Below are positions 12,300 through 25,099 of a stretch of 64,000 bases of DNA, in pieces (position 1 is the first letter of the stretch; every line of letters starts with the position of its first letter). This DNA is from Malacoraja senta (taxonomy: Eukaryota). The DNA lies in the NCBI GenBank assembly GCA_038087875.1, contig CM075995.1:8806001-8870000 (forward strand), in the 5' to 3' direction. Below the pieces are notes generated by a model. It was not told the DNA's origin. It did no database searches and saw nothing but the letters and a program-made list of their open reading frames with translations. The position numbers and the translations under genes are program-made.

Positions 12300-12905
12300 G
12301 AATGTCTACCTATGTGGGACTGCGAGATCGTTTCGCTCAACACCTCCGTTCAGTCCACCTGGACCCACCTGATCTCCCGGTTACCAAACACTCTAATAAC
12401 CCCTCCCATTCCCACACTGACCTTTCTGTCCTAGGCCTCCTCCATTGTCAGAGTGAGGCCCAGCGCAAATTGGAGGAACAGCACCTCATATTTCGCTTGG
12501 GCAGCTTACACCCCAACGGTATGAATTTTGATTTCGCTAACTTCAAGTAACCCTTGCATCTCCTCTCTCTCCGTCCCTCCCCCACCCAAGTCGTAGTACT
12601 AGTTTCAAAGTCGTCTTGTTGAGTCTCATTGTCTGTAACTGGTTTTCACCCTAGCCCACAGCTAACAATGGCCTGTTTCCTTTATCATCGTCACTTTTTT
12701 GCATATCTTTCATTCATTTGTTCTATATCTCTCTACATCACCGTCTATATCTCTCGTTTCCCTCTCCCCCGACTCTCAGTCTGAAGAAATGACTCGACCC
12801 AAAACGTTGCCTATTCCTTCTCTCCAGAGCTGCTGCCTGTCCCGCTGAGTTACTCCAGCTTTTTGTGTCTATCTTCGGTTTAAACCAGCATCTGCAGTTC
12901 CTTCC
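12300..12905 (+). mobile_element. Penelope-like element 3' portion: GIY-YIG endonuclease C-terminus, 3' UTR and terminal repeat
   Basis: LRDRFAQHLRSVHLDPPDLPVTKH...GLLHCQSEAQRKLEEQHLIFRLGSLHPNGMNFDF*, followed about 230 nt later by a degenerate hammerhead motif at 12781. Confidence 0.85.
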
Positions 12906-14799
12906 AACACATCTACCTACTTGATGTCCTTTACAATCAATTTTAGGTAACAATTTTAGGTAACCAATCTACTAACAGCCCTGATTATAATCACGTATAG
13001 TTTTTCTGCTGACAGGATTGCAAGCAACATAAAAGTTGTTTAAACGGGCAATTGAAATAAAAGTGTTGGGGCAGTATGTTGGCAAGATGAATGTATGACC
13101 AGGTCAACATTTGCCTGGTCAACATTTGTAGCCTGGTCAACATTTGCTCCTCTCAACTGCAAAAGAAAATAGCGATCAGCATTTTAATAGGTCTGGGCTG
13201 CAAGGTGGTGCAGCGGTAGAGTTGCTGCCTTACAACGCCGAGATCCGGGTTCGATCGGGCGCTGTCTGTACGGAGTTTGTACGTCCTCCCCGTGACCTGC
13301 GTGGGTTTTCTACGAGATCTTCGGGGTTTCCTCCCACATTCCAAAGGCGTACAGGTTTGTAGGTTAATTGGCTTGGCGTAAATGTAAAAATTGTCCCAGT
13401 GTGTGTAGGGTAGTGTTAATATGCGGGGATCACTGGTCGGTGCGGACTTGGTGGGCGAAGGGCCTGTTTTGTGTGCTGTATCTCAAAAAAAACTAGTCCT
13501 TCGTGAGTGGGGTTGCTCAATGTTAGTTATGAGGCATTTTTAGGAAAATAGTCTGAAAGGTCTTTCAGTGCCACAATCTAATTTGTATGCCTAAATACTT
13601 TCAGAGCAGAAAGTAGTGTCAATGTTCATGGAAATACATCTTGATTCTTGCACCATCCAGCATACTTGTAGTGAAGTTCAGTGACTATAACGATGCGATA
13701 TTCAAGTTATACAATTACTATTAACAGGTTTATATTTCTATACAAGGGGCGGCACGGTGGGGCAGCGGTAGAGTCACTGCCTCACAGCGCCAGAGACCCG
13801 GGTTTGATCCCGACTACGGGTGCTGTCTGTACGGAGTTTGTACGCTTTCCCCGTGACCTGCGTGGGTTTACTCCGGGATCTCGGTTTCCTCCAGTCTCCA
13901 AAGATATAGTCCCAGTATAGACAATAGGTGCAGGAGGAGGCCATTCGACCCTTCGAGCTAGCACCGCCATTCAATGTGATCATGGCTGATCATCCACAAT
14001 CAGTACCCCGTTCCTGCCTTCTCCCATATCACTGACTCCATTATCTTCAAGAGCCCTATCTAGCTCTCTCTTGGAAAGCATCCAGAGAACCTGCCTCCAC
14101 CGCCCTCTGAGGCAGAGAATTCCACAGACCCACAACTCTGTGAGAAAAAGTGTTTCCTCGTCTCTGTTCTAAATGGGTTACCCCTTATTCTTAAACTGTG
14201 TGGCCCCTGGTTCTGGACTCCCCCAACATCGGGAACATGTTTCATTGTAGGTTGATTGGCTCGGTGTAAAGTAAATTGTCCCTCGGTGTGTAGGATAGTG
14301 GGCGTTGTGCAGGGATCGCTGGTCGGCGCGGAAGGGCCTGTGTCCGCGCTGCATCTCTAAACTAAAATATTCACTCCTCTTTACGCTGTTTTTATACATA
14401 AGCATTCGAGTTTCATTATAGTTTCTGTCGCCAATCATTCAGATGTACAGCAGCTCTCCTCAGTAAGGCGTCCTACAGTTAAGAATATAACAAAGGTGGA
14501 ACACAAATTAGCAGATCACGTACTGACATCAATGAAGAGAATGAGATTAGCTGATATCCGTGACATTGTACACTTATAGCAAACTAAATGACAGGTCTAG
14601 TAATTTTCATAACACTAAAAAAGAGAATTAATTCAAGTAGATTTTTCCTCTTGGCTCCATGATTTTAGTTTTCCTTACCCTGCTACTCAATGTCATTTTC
14701 AGGCTGGCAATTGACATTTTGCTGCTATCCTCTGCCTCCATTCTATATGCTTTTATCTAGAGTTTTGTTGGATGTTTTTGACATGGAGTCCGTCCAACC

Positions 14800-15232
14800 C
14801 AGGGGTGGGGAACCTTTCCATGTTGGAATGCCGCATTAAGTTCGCTGTAATCTAATAAGGCCGCATCCAAGAAACTTCAATTAGATAAACTTCACGACAT
14901 TTATCTTGAAAGTTGTTGAAGAAACCTATTCCTCTGTAAGAGTGCCCAAAGCGAGTAACTCTTTGTGGCAATAAAATAGCCTTCATGACTTACTAATGTT
15001 TTAATTGTGGCCGTCAGTCGGGGAGGGTTATTTTGTTGAATCTTCTTTTACTCTTTGGTATTTTAAATACGTTCATTTTAAGATTAAAATAAAAATATAA
15101 TAAAAGACGAACAAAGACATATTAATAAAAATAAAAGGATTTGTTCTACAAAATGTTGATTCATTCAAAAGGCCGCACTTAATGGCCTAGAAGGCCGCAT
15201 GGGGCCTTAAGGCCGCAGGTTCCCCACCCCTG
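14800..15232. mobile_element. hAT (Charlie-like) MITE, 433 bp
   Basis: Perfect 16-bp TIRs CAGGGGTGGGGAACCT (14800-14815 / 15217-15232); 8-bp TSD gtccaacc / gtctaacc; subterminal ggccgca repeats. Confidence 0.92.
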
Positions 15233-16425
15233 GTCTAACCTATTGGGCTACTTGGGTGAAATCTGTTTCTGGTTACAGGCCACTATCGTCTAGTTTCTCT
15301 TCTCACCCGTTTTAAACTGGAAAGCGAACATTAGAGCATGTCGAGTGAGAAATTTGTCTTTGTGTAACTGTAGTGGCAAAGCCCAAAGTGCTGGAGTAAC
15401 TCAGCATTTGTAAGGGTAGACACATAATACTGGAGCAACTCAGCGGGACAGGCAGCGTCACCGGAGGGAATGGATGGGTGTTGTTTCGGGACCCAGAATG
15501 TCACCCATTCCTTCTCTCATAAGATCACAAGTTGACAAGGAGTAGAATTAGGCCATTCGGCCCAAGTCTACTCCCATGGCTGATCTATCTCTCCCTCCTA
15601 ACCCCATTCTCCTGCCTTCGCCCCTAACCTCTGACACCCGTACTAATCAAGCATCTGCCTTAAATATATTCACTGACTTGGCCTCCACGGCCTTCTGTGG
15701 CAAAGCATTCCACAGACTCACCACCCTCTGACTAAAGAAATTCCTCCTTCCTAAAGGAACGTCGAGATGTGTAGAAAAAAGAACTGCAGATGCTGGTTTA
15801 AATCGAAGGTAGACACAAAATGCTGGAGTAACTCAGCGGGACAGATCTGATGAAGGGTCTCGACCCAAAACATCACCCATTCCTTCTCTCCAGAGACGCT
15901 GCTTGTCCCGCTGAGTTACTCCAGCATTCTGTGTCCATCGTCAGTGTAAACAAGCATCTACAGCATTTGTGGCGGGAATGGACAGGTGGTGTTTCAAGTC
16001 GGGACACTTCCTCAGATTCAGAATGTCACCTGTCCATTCCCTCCACAGATGCTGCCTGACCCGCGGAGTACTTCCAGTATTGTGTGCTTTGTTCAAGATT
16101 CCAGCAGCTGCAGTTCCCTCCATTTCCATTAAGTAGCTTCTGCAAATTTGACTTCATCTACATTGAACTGAAGCTCATCACAACTTATAGCCTTAAATAA
16201 TTGTAGAGTTGGAACCAAGCTTTGAATGGCTATTGGCAGTATTTAAAATCTTTTCACCATTCTGACTTTTTCTATTCGTTACTTCATTAGTGCTTTCACT
16301 AACCAATTGTCAAGTAATACTGTTGCTGTTTATCACAAGATGTTATATTATTAAATATTTTGTTTCATACTAATATAACATATCAGCACTTTCAAACGTA
16401 TTTAATTTATTTATACTCATCTTAC

Positions 16426-16817
16426 CTGAAGAAGTGTCCCGATCCGAAACGTTACCTATCCATGTTCTCCACAGATGCTGCCTGACCCGATGAGTTACTC
16501 CAGCACTCTGTGAAACATCACCTATCCATGTTCTCCACAGATGCTGCCTGACCCGATGAGTTACTCCAGCACTCTGTGAAACATCACCTATCCATGTTCT
16601 CCACAGATGCTGCCTGACCCGCTGAGTTACTCAGCACTCTGTGAAACGTCACCTATCCATGTTCTCCACAGATGCTGCCTGACCCGCTGAGTTACTCCAG
16701 CACTCTGTGAAACGTCACCTATCCATGTTCTCCACATATGCTGCCTGACCCGCTGAGTTACTCCAGCACTCTGTGAAACGTCACCTATCCATGTTCTCCA
16801 CAGATGCTGCCTGACCG
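16426..16817 (+). repeat. PLE terminal repeat: hammerhead head plus 5-6 tandem 66-bp units
   Basis: Unit gaaacgtcacctatccatgttctccacagatgctgcctgacccgctgagttactccagcactctgt. Confidence 0.9.
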
Positions 16818-18729
16818 GCAACTAAGTTATAGATAATATGCAGACACTCCTTAAGAAATCTGAAACTTGAGATGTAACCTCATTCATTGAAAGAGTAAAG
16901 TTGATGCACATTTATACCTGCAACATTTGTCACTTTTATTCGACTAATGACGACTTTCTACCCCAATTTGTTTTTTACAAGATGTGACCATGTTCACTTA
17001 CTTCATAATTTTGCTGCATCTGCAATTTGCAAACAGTTTGTGATGAAAAATAGGATCATTCGATATTAAAAGTGGGTGTCGGGATAATGACTATATTACA
17101 ATGTTTACGCTTTACGTGGTTTTTACTAAAATGCACTTTCTATACGTGAATCAACAATAATTGTTTTTTGATCTCATAACCAGAAACAGAAGCCATCATA
17201 AAGTGTCGAACATTTCACAAAACATGAAGATGTCCCAACAACAGCACTTTATTTAATAACTTTTTATGCACAGAATTTAAACGTTTCAGTGGCAAATACG
17301 TGTCCATGACAGTAATTGGATTTGATTATTAAAGCTTGTCTAATGCTGTGTTGATTTCTTTTGTGATTGTGATTTTTTTAAACAAAATAAAGGCACTAAA
17401 AATATTATCTCTTAACCGGTGAGTTTTTATGGTCAAAATAAAATATGTTCTACAATTGGTTTGAACTATTTGCATTCTGATATGCAATACTTGAGATAGA
17501 ATTTCTTTAGTCAGAGGGTGGTGAATCTGTGGAATTCATTTCCACATATGGCGGTGGAGGCTATCAGTGGACAATAGACAATAGGTGCAGGAGTAAGCCA
17601 TTCGGCCCTTCGAGCCTGCACCACCATTCAATGTGATCATGGCTGATCACCCACAATCAGTACCCTGTTCCTGCCTTCTCCCCATATCCCCTTGACTCCA
17701 CTATCTTTAAGAGCTCTATCTTACTCTCTCTTGAAAGCATCCAGAGAACCGGCCTCCACCTGCCTTCTGAGGCAGAGAATTGAGGCAGTCATTGGATATT
17801 TTGAAGTCAGAGATAGACAGATTGTTGATTAGTACGGGTGTCAGGGGTGGTGGGGAGAAGGCAGGAGAATGGGGTTGCGAGGAAATGATTGAGCAGCCAT
17901 GATTGAATGGCGGAGAGAGTAGACTAGATGGGTCGAACAGCGTAATTCTGCACCTAGAACTTATGATAGACACAAAAAGCTGGAGTAACTCAACGGGTCA
18001 GAAAGCACCTGGAGAAAAGGAATGGGTGATGTTTCGTGTCGAGACCCTTCTTCAGACAGAGGCTTGAAGAGACCTCGTCTTAGGTCTTCAGACGGAGAGC
18101 TCTCAGTCTGAGGAAGGGTCTCGAGCATTTTGTGTCTATCTTTGGTTTAAACCAGCATCTGCAGTTCCTTATCATAAGATCATAAGTGATAGGAGCAGAA
18201 TTTGGCCAGTCGGCCCATCAAGTCTACTCCGCCATTCAATCATGGCTGATCTATCTCTCCCTCCTAACCCCATTCTCCTGCCTTCTCCCCATAACCTCTG
18301 ACACCTGTACTATTTAATAATTTATCTAAGGTAGACAAAAGTGCTGGAGAAACTCAGCGGGTGCAGCAGCATCTATGGAGCGAAGGAAATAGGCAACGTT
18401 TCGGGCCGAAACCCTTCTTCAGACTGATCTATCTATCTATCTATATCTGCCTTAAAATATATTCAATGACTTGGCCTCCACAGCCATCTGTGGCAAAGAA
18501 TTCCACAGATTCACCACCCTCTGACTAAGGAAATTCCTCCTCATCTCCTTCCGAAATGAACGTCCTTCAATTCTGAGGCTGTGAACTTATGAGTCATGTC
18601 TGCATGATGGACTGGGCTACATCTACAACTCTCTGCAATTTCTTGCGGTCTTGGGCAGAGCTGTTCCCAATCCATGTTGTGCCGGACGCGGGCGGGGAGA
18701 AGGAGGGATGCCCAGGGCGGGTGGGATGA

Positions 18730-19294
18730 GTCTATTCTGCAGTTGTACAGAGCCCTAGTGAGACCACACCTGGAGTCTTGTGTGCAGTTTTGGTCCCCTA
18801 ATTTGAGGAAGGACATTCTTGCTATTGAGGGAGTGCAGCCTAGGTTCACAAGGTTAATTCCCGGGATGGCGGGACTGTCATATGCTGAGAGAATGGAGCA
18901 GCTGGGCTTGTACACTCTGGAGTTTAGAAGGATGAGAGGGAATCTCATTGAAACATATAAGATTGTCAAGGGCTTGGACACGCTAGAGGCAGGAAACATG
19001 TTCCCGATGTTGGGGGAGTCCGTCCAGAACCAGGGGCCACAGTTTAAGAATAAGGAGTAAGCCATTTAGAACGGAGACGAGGAAACACTTTTTCTCACAG
19101 AGAGTGGTGAGTCTGTGGAATTCTCTGCCTCAGAGGGCGGTGGAGGCCGGTTCTCTGGATGCTTTCAAAAGAGAGCTAGATAGGGCTCTTAAAAATAGCA
19201 GAGTCAGGGGATATGGGGAGAAGGCAGGAACGGGGTACTGATTGGGGATGATCAGCCATGATCACATTGAATGGCCTACTCCTGCACCTATTGT
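18730..19294 (+). mobile_element. CR1 LINE 3' end
   Basis: LQLYRALVRPHLESCVQFWSPNLRKDILAIEGVQ... Confidence 0.9.
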
Positions 19295-19427
19295 CCAAAG
19301 ATCCTATAGCGGAGCAAGATAGTCCACTTGACGAAAAAGCCGTAGTAGGGTCATGGGTGATCTTCAGCACCATTTCCGTAACCGGCCTCCATCTCCGCAC
19401 CAAAGACCACCGCTCTAGGATCTTTGG
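19295..19427. mobile_element. Small TIR element (MITE), 133 bp, superfamily unassigned
   Basis: TIRs CCAAAGATCCTATAGCGG / CCGCTCTAGGATCTTTGG (17/18 match). Confidence 0.7.
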
Positions 19428-20394
19428 TCTCAGATGCAGTCGAGTCCTCGTGGCAACACCTCGTAAAAATCTTCTCCTCCAGAGCATTTTCTTTTTGCTT
19501 CTCTGCCTCACAATAAAAAGCAAAAAGATGCCTATGTTCCTTCCACAGAGTGTGGGGAGTCTGGGCTGGATCAGCACGGCTGGGACGCCAGGGTAAAGTT
19601 GCAATGTATTTTTATGTAATGTTGTCCCTTGTCTGTGCCTTGAGTCCGAAATAATGTTTATCATTATATATAAAAATCTGGAGAAATATAAATGTGTGTG
19701 TTATATGATTATATACATCTATATCACATTCGTGTATGTGTGTTCTTTCCTACACAATCTAATCAGTTGTATGGTCGCTGAATAAAACCATCCTTAAGTT
19801 ATACATCATTTGTTAACCTTGCTCAAAACAAATGTTATTTTGTTAAATACTTCATTTAGATAACCCCACCATTACAGACAGATCTCATTCCACTCTCTGG
19901 CTATTGGGAAGACCAGACCCATTTTATTGTTGAAAAACAATTCCATGGACACAAAAAAACATTAAGGGTCATTCCAAGAGCAGAGCAACTGGAATCTTGA
20001 TATTGCTATTATTTTACCAAATACCGCAGTTGTGAACACTGTGATTAGATGAATTACAGAGTGCAAGTTTAATACAAAAATCAACTCAAACACAGCACAT
20101 GAGCCATTTAAAAAGATAATTAAAAAAAAACATTTAAAAAAATTAACAGAATTCTAATTTATTAAAATATTAATCATTAACGAAAATTAACAGAATTGTG
20201 AATTAGCAGAATTATGAATCTAACACTATATCACACAAACTGTTCCCCCGCAACGCTGATTACACTGCGAGAGCGAAATACAAAGTCGGGTCGGGTTACT
20301 GAAATGGCCGCTCCGTTCCGTACTACACGTCAGCCCATTGGAGTTAGCAGGAGTGGACCATCTTGCTCGCTGGAGGATCTTTGCTGTTGTCTAT

Positions 20395-20720
20395 GAGATC
20401 ACGTGGGGGGGGGGCGGGGGGCGGTCAGTTGACGTCACGTAGCGGAGGATGACGGTGACGTGGGGCAGCGGAGGCCACGTGGTTCAGTGCTGGGAGGAGG
20501 GGAGGGTGGAGCCGAGGCCACGTGGTTCTGTGGGGAGGCGGGCAGCAGCGGTCACGTGGTGTGTGGGGGCGGGGAGGGTGGAGGCCAGCGTCGGGGTAAT
20601 GGCGGCGGTGAACGGTAAGTGCGTCCGTTTCCTGTGGTGAGGGGCGAGGCCTGTCCGGGCCCTGCCCGGTGACCTTGCGCACGGACCTCGGGCCGCGACT
20701 CGTATAGACAACAACTAAAT
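20395..20720 (+). promoter_or_regulatory. ZNF622: CpG-island promoter / first exon of ZNF622
   Basis: Abrupt GC/CpG-rich segment with CACGTG E-boxes at 20400, 20476, 20519 and 20553, a full CRE TGACGTCA at 20430-20437, GC boxes, a YY1-like TAATGGCGGC and a consensus donor G|GTAAGT at 20614/20615. Confidence 0.85.
20599..20614 (+). CDS. ZNF622: Probable ZNF622 exon 1 coding part (MAAVN + 1 nt)
   Basis: ATG GCG GCG GTG AAC G|gtaagt. Phase 1 joins in frame to aag|CT ATG at 23799, giving MAAVNA-MSSYTC. Confidence 0.6.
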
Positions 20721-20847
20721 GCTGGAGTTACTCAGCGGGACGGGCAGCTCCTGTGGAGGGAAGGAATGGCGACGTCTCGGGTCGAGGCCCGCTCGTGTGC
20801 TCACCCCTTGCTCATGTTTTATCTTTCTGCACTATTAATGTTTGTTT

Positions 20848-21254
20848 ATATATATATATGTGTGCGTGTGTGTATATACATATATATGTGTGTATATATA
20901 TGTATATGTGTGTGTATATGTATGTGTGTGTGTATATATGTGTGTGTATATATGTGTGTATATGTATGTGTGTGTGTATATATGTGTGTGTATATATGTG
21001 TGTATATGTATGTGTGTGTATGTGTGTGTGTATATGTATGTGTGTGTATATGTGTGTGTGTGTGTATATATGTGTATATGTGTGTATATATGTGTGTATA
21101 TATATGTATATGTGTGTGTATATGTATGTGTGTGTGTATATATGTGTGTGTATATATGTGTGTATATGTATGTGTGTGTATATGTATGTGTGTGTATATG
21201 TGTGTGTGTGTATATGTGTGTGTGTATATGTGTGTATATGTATGTGTGTGTATA

Positions 21255-21285
<31 letters not shown>

Positions 21286-21437
21286 GTGTGTATATGTATG
21301 TGTGTGTATATGTATGTGTGTGTATATGTATGTGTGTGTATATGTGTGTGTGTGTATATGTGTGTATATGTATGTGTGTGTATATGTGTGTGTGTGTGTA
21401 TATATGTGTATATGTGTGTATATATGTGTGTGTATAT
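20848..21437. repeat. Compound (TG/TA)n microsatellite, about 590 bp
   Basis: Alternating purine-pyrimidine run in ZNF622 intron 1; resumes briefly after 21725. Confidence 0.97.
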
Positions 21438-21725
21438 AATAATAATAATAATAGATTTTATTTCTATAGCGCTTTTCAGGACTCAAAGTCGCTTTACATT
21501 GAGAGTCAGGAATAAACAAAACAAAATAGAGCAGTAAGACAGAGGGGAGGGGAACATGGGACTAAGGGTATGCAGAGGTGAAGAGATGGGTCTTGAGGCG
21601 GGACTGGAAGATGGTGAGGGACTCAGAATTTCGGACCGGTTGTGGGAGGGAATTCCAGAGCCTGGGAGCTGCCCTGGAGAAGGCTCTGCCTCCAAAGGTG
21701 CAGAGGTTTGATTTCGGAGTGGAGA
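21437..21725 (-). mobile_element. 3' end of the same L2 family, inserted in the TG/TA microsatellite
   Basis: Near-identical to 27787-28085 (…FQSRLKTHLFTSAYP*), with (TTA)n tail. Confidence 0.88.
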
Positions 21726-23798
21726 GTGTGTGTGTGTATATGTGTGTGTATGTATTCATATGTGTTGATGTGTGTATACTGTGCGTACTGCATTGTCTGC
21801 AGTTTTTTCATATATGATATGCATAATATATATGAAAAAAACTGCAGATGCTGCAAGACACAGAGTGCTGGAGTAACTCAGCGGGTCAGGCAGCATCTCT
21901 GGAGAGAAGGAATGGGGACATTTTCATAAGGTCCAAAACATCAACATGTACAAAGATGCACTCCAAAAGCATCTCCATCTCAACTAGCACATCCACCACT
22001 ATCATAGTCCTGAGTGATGCTCTACCTAGAGCTTTTCAGCGTACTACATCCAGATCCAGACTCATATGTGATAGGAGCAGAATTAGACCATTTGGCCCAT
22101 CAAGTCTACTCCGCCATTCAATCGTGGCTGATCTATCTCTCCCTCCACACACCCATTCTCCTCCCCATCACCTCTGGGATCCGTACTGATGAAGAAAGGG
22201 TCTAGACCCTTCAGACTAGTCAGGGGATAGGAAAGCTAGAGATATAGACGGTGATATAGAACAAATGAATGAAAGAAATATATAAAGCAACTATGATCAA
22301 GGGAACCTTCCATTGTTATACGTGGAAGAAGGGTCTCGACGTGAAACGCTGCCTATTTCCTTCGCTCCATAGATGCTGCCTCACCTGCTGAGTTTCTCCA
22401 GCATTTTTGTCTACCTTCGATTTTCCAGCATCTGCAGTTCCTTCTTAAACGTTCCATTGTTAACTGTGGGCTAGGTGAGAACGAGTTACCGAGGTACAGT
22501 GCAAAGCTTTTGTTGCGTGCTAACCAGTCAGCGGAAAGACTATACTTGATTACAATCGAGCCATTCACAGTGTAATACATGATAAAGGGAATAACCTTTA
22601 GTGCAAGATAAAGTCCAGTAAAGTCCAAATAAAGATAGTTCCAGAATCTCCAATGTAGATAGTAGCTCAGGACTGTTCTCTAGTTGTTGATAGGATGGTT
22701 TCATTGCTTGATAACTGCTGGGAAGAAACTGACCCTGAATCTATTTTCTCTATAGCTGCTGCTTGACCTGCTGTGTTACTCTAGCTCTAGCACTATGCCT
22801 TATACAATAAATGTAAGCTACTCCTTACATCCTTTTAGAAGGATGAGGGGGATCTTATAGAAACATATAAAATTATAAAAGGACAGGACAAGCTAGATAC
22901 AGGAAAAATGTTCCCAATGTTGGGCGAGTCCAGAACCAGGGGCCACAGTCTTAGAATAAAGGGGAGGTCATTTAAGACTGAGGTGAGAAAAAATGTTTTC
23001 ACCCAGAGAGTTGTGAATTTGTGGAATTCCCTGCCACAGAGGGCAGTGGAGGCCAAATCACTGGATGGATTTAAGAGAGTTAGATAGAGCTCTAGGGGCT
23101 AGTAGAGTCAAGGGATATGGGGAGAAGGCAGGCACGGGTTATTGATAATAATAATAATAATAATAATAGATTTTATTTATGGGCGCCTTTCACTAAGTCT
23201 CAAGGACACCTTACAAAGTTTAACAAATAGTAGAAACATGTAAGCGGAATGAAATAAATAGCAAAGACATCACCAGTACACAAATTAAAGATAGAATTAA
23301 ATCCCAAAACAAAAATCAAAAACACAATATGGAAGAGAGAGCAGCGGCTGCTAAAGCGCGCCAGCGTCCACGCTCCCTTCCGACCGCCATCTTGGACAAA
23401 GACTAACATAGACACTACACATTACACACAAAATCATCCCCCCCACATTGATTGCCACTGTGGGGGAAGGCACAATGTCCAGTCCCCAACCCCAGTTCAC
23501 CCAAAGTCAGGCCTATTGAGGCCTCCACAGTTGCCTCTACGGAGGATAGGGGACGATCAGCCATGATCACAATGAATGGGGGTGCTGGCTCGAAGGGCCG
23601 AATGGCCTCCTCCTGCATCTATTTTCTATGTTTCTGTGTTTCCTTTTCTCCAGAGATGCTGCCAGACCCGCTGAGTTAGCTTACTCCAGGATTTTGTCTA
23701 TCATCAGTGAGAGTTCTCTGATTGATATAGTGGCAAAGCGAGATTGGGATTGATTCTTTTCCCCTGGCTGTACTAACTTGTAACTGTTTCTGTTCAAG

Positions 23799-24413
23799 CT
23801 ATGTCTTCCTACACCTGCATAACGTGCCGCGTGGCGTTTGCTGACACGGAGATCCAGAGGTCGCACTACAAGACCGACTGGCACAGGTACAACCTGAAGC
23901 GCAAGGTGGCGGACATGCCCCCGGTGACGGCGGAGAACTTCCAGGAGCGGGTGCTGGCCCAGCGAGTGGCAGTGGAGGAGCAGAGCAAGGGGACAGCGAC
24001 AGGATGCGCCGCCTGTGACAAGAAGTTTGCCACTTACAATGCCTACAGCAACCACCTGAAATCGAAGAAGCACCTCGACGCGGAAAAGAAGGCTGCCGGC
24101 ATCGCCAGCAAGGAGCTGGAAAGGCTCAACACCAAAAATCTGGAGAAGGGATTGAGCGAGGAGAGAATGGACAAGGACGCGATGAATCGAGCCATCCAGC
24201 AGGCCGTGAAGGCCCAGCTCTCCCCCTCGGCCAAGAAGAGGACCCTTAACCCAACACCCAGCGACACTCAAGCAAAAGTAAGCAAGGAAAGGCCCGACAA
24301 ACCACCCCGCTTACTTTGGCTGGAGCAGCAAGCCAAGAAATTGGGACAGGACGAATCCTCGGAGGAGGAGGAGGAGGAGGACGTGGTGATGGAAGAGGAA
24401 GATGCAGGCGATG
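23799..24413 (+). CDS. ZNF622: ZNF622 (cytoplasmic pre-60S maturation factor, Rei1/Reh1 family) exon 2, conserved ATG at 23801
   Basis: MSSYTCITCRVAFADTEIQRSHYKTDWHRYNLKRKVA...CAACDKKFATYNAYSNHLKSKKH (two C2H2 fingers). Branch point TACTAAC at 23771-23777. Donor G|gtgagt at 24413. Confidence 0.96.
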
Positions 24414-25099
24414 GTGAGTGACTTTAAATAAGCCTCTCGTATCCTTAGCAGCCTGCAGATGGCAAAATGAAGGTGGGGGGGGGGGGAAGATTTAATAGAA
24501 ACCTGAGGGGCAACATTTTCACACAGAGGGTGGTGGGTATATGGAACTAGCTGCCAGAGAAGGTAGTTGAGGCAGGTACTATAACAGCAGGATGTTTCCA
24601 TTAGTGGGAGAGTCTAGGACCAGAGGTCACAGCCTCAGAATTATTGGACGTTCCTTTAGAAAGGCGATGAGGAGGAATTTCTTTAGTCAGAGGAATCTGG
24701 AATTCTTTGCCACAGAAGGCTGTGGAGGCCAAGTCAGTGGCAGAGGTAGATAGATTCTTGATTAATACGGGTGTCAGGGGTTATGGGGGTAGGCAGGAGA
24801 ATGGGGTTGAGAGGGAGAGACAGATCAGCCATGATTGAATAGCAGAGTAGACTTGATGGGCCGAATGGCCTAAATCTGGCTTCTATCACTTATGAACATG
24901 AACATTTAAAAGACATTTGGACAGGTACATGGAGAGGAAGGGTTGAGAGGGAAAAGGTGAACAGCAAACGGGAAGGGCTTGGATCGGCATCTTGGTGGCC
25001 ATGTTGGGCTGAAGGACTTATTTCCATACTGTCTGACGCTATATCTCTAATAGACTGATGATCCAGCACCCTTCAAACTTTGGTGAGGGTTCTTATCTG

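Noticed and set aside
20753..21537. 230-250 aa Cys/Val/Tyr/Met-rich ORFs
   Set aside because: Translations of the TG/TA microsatellite
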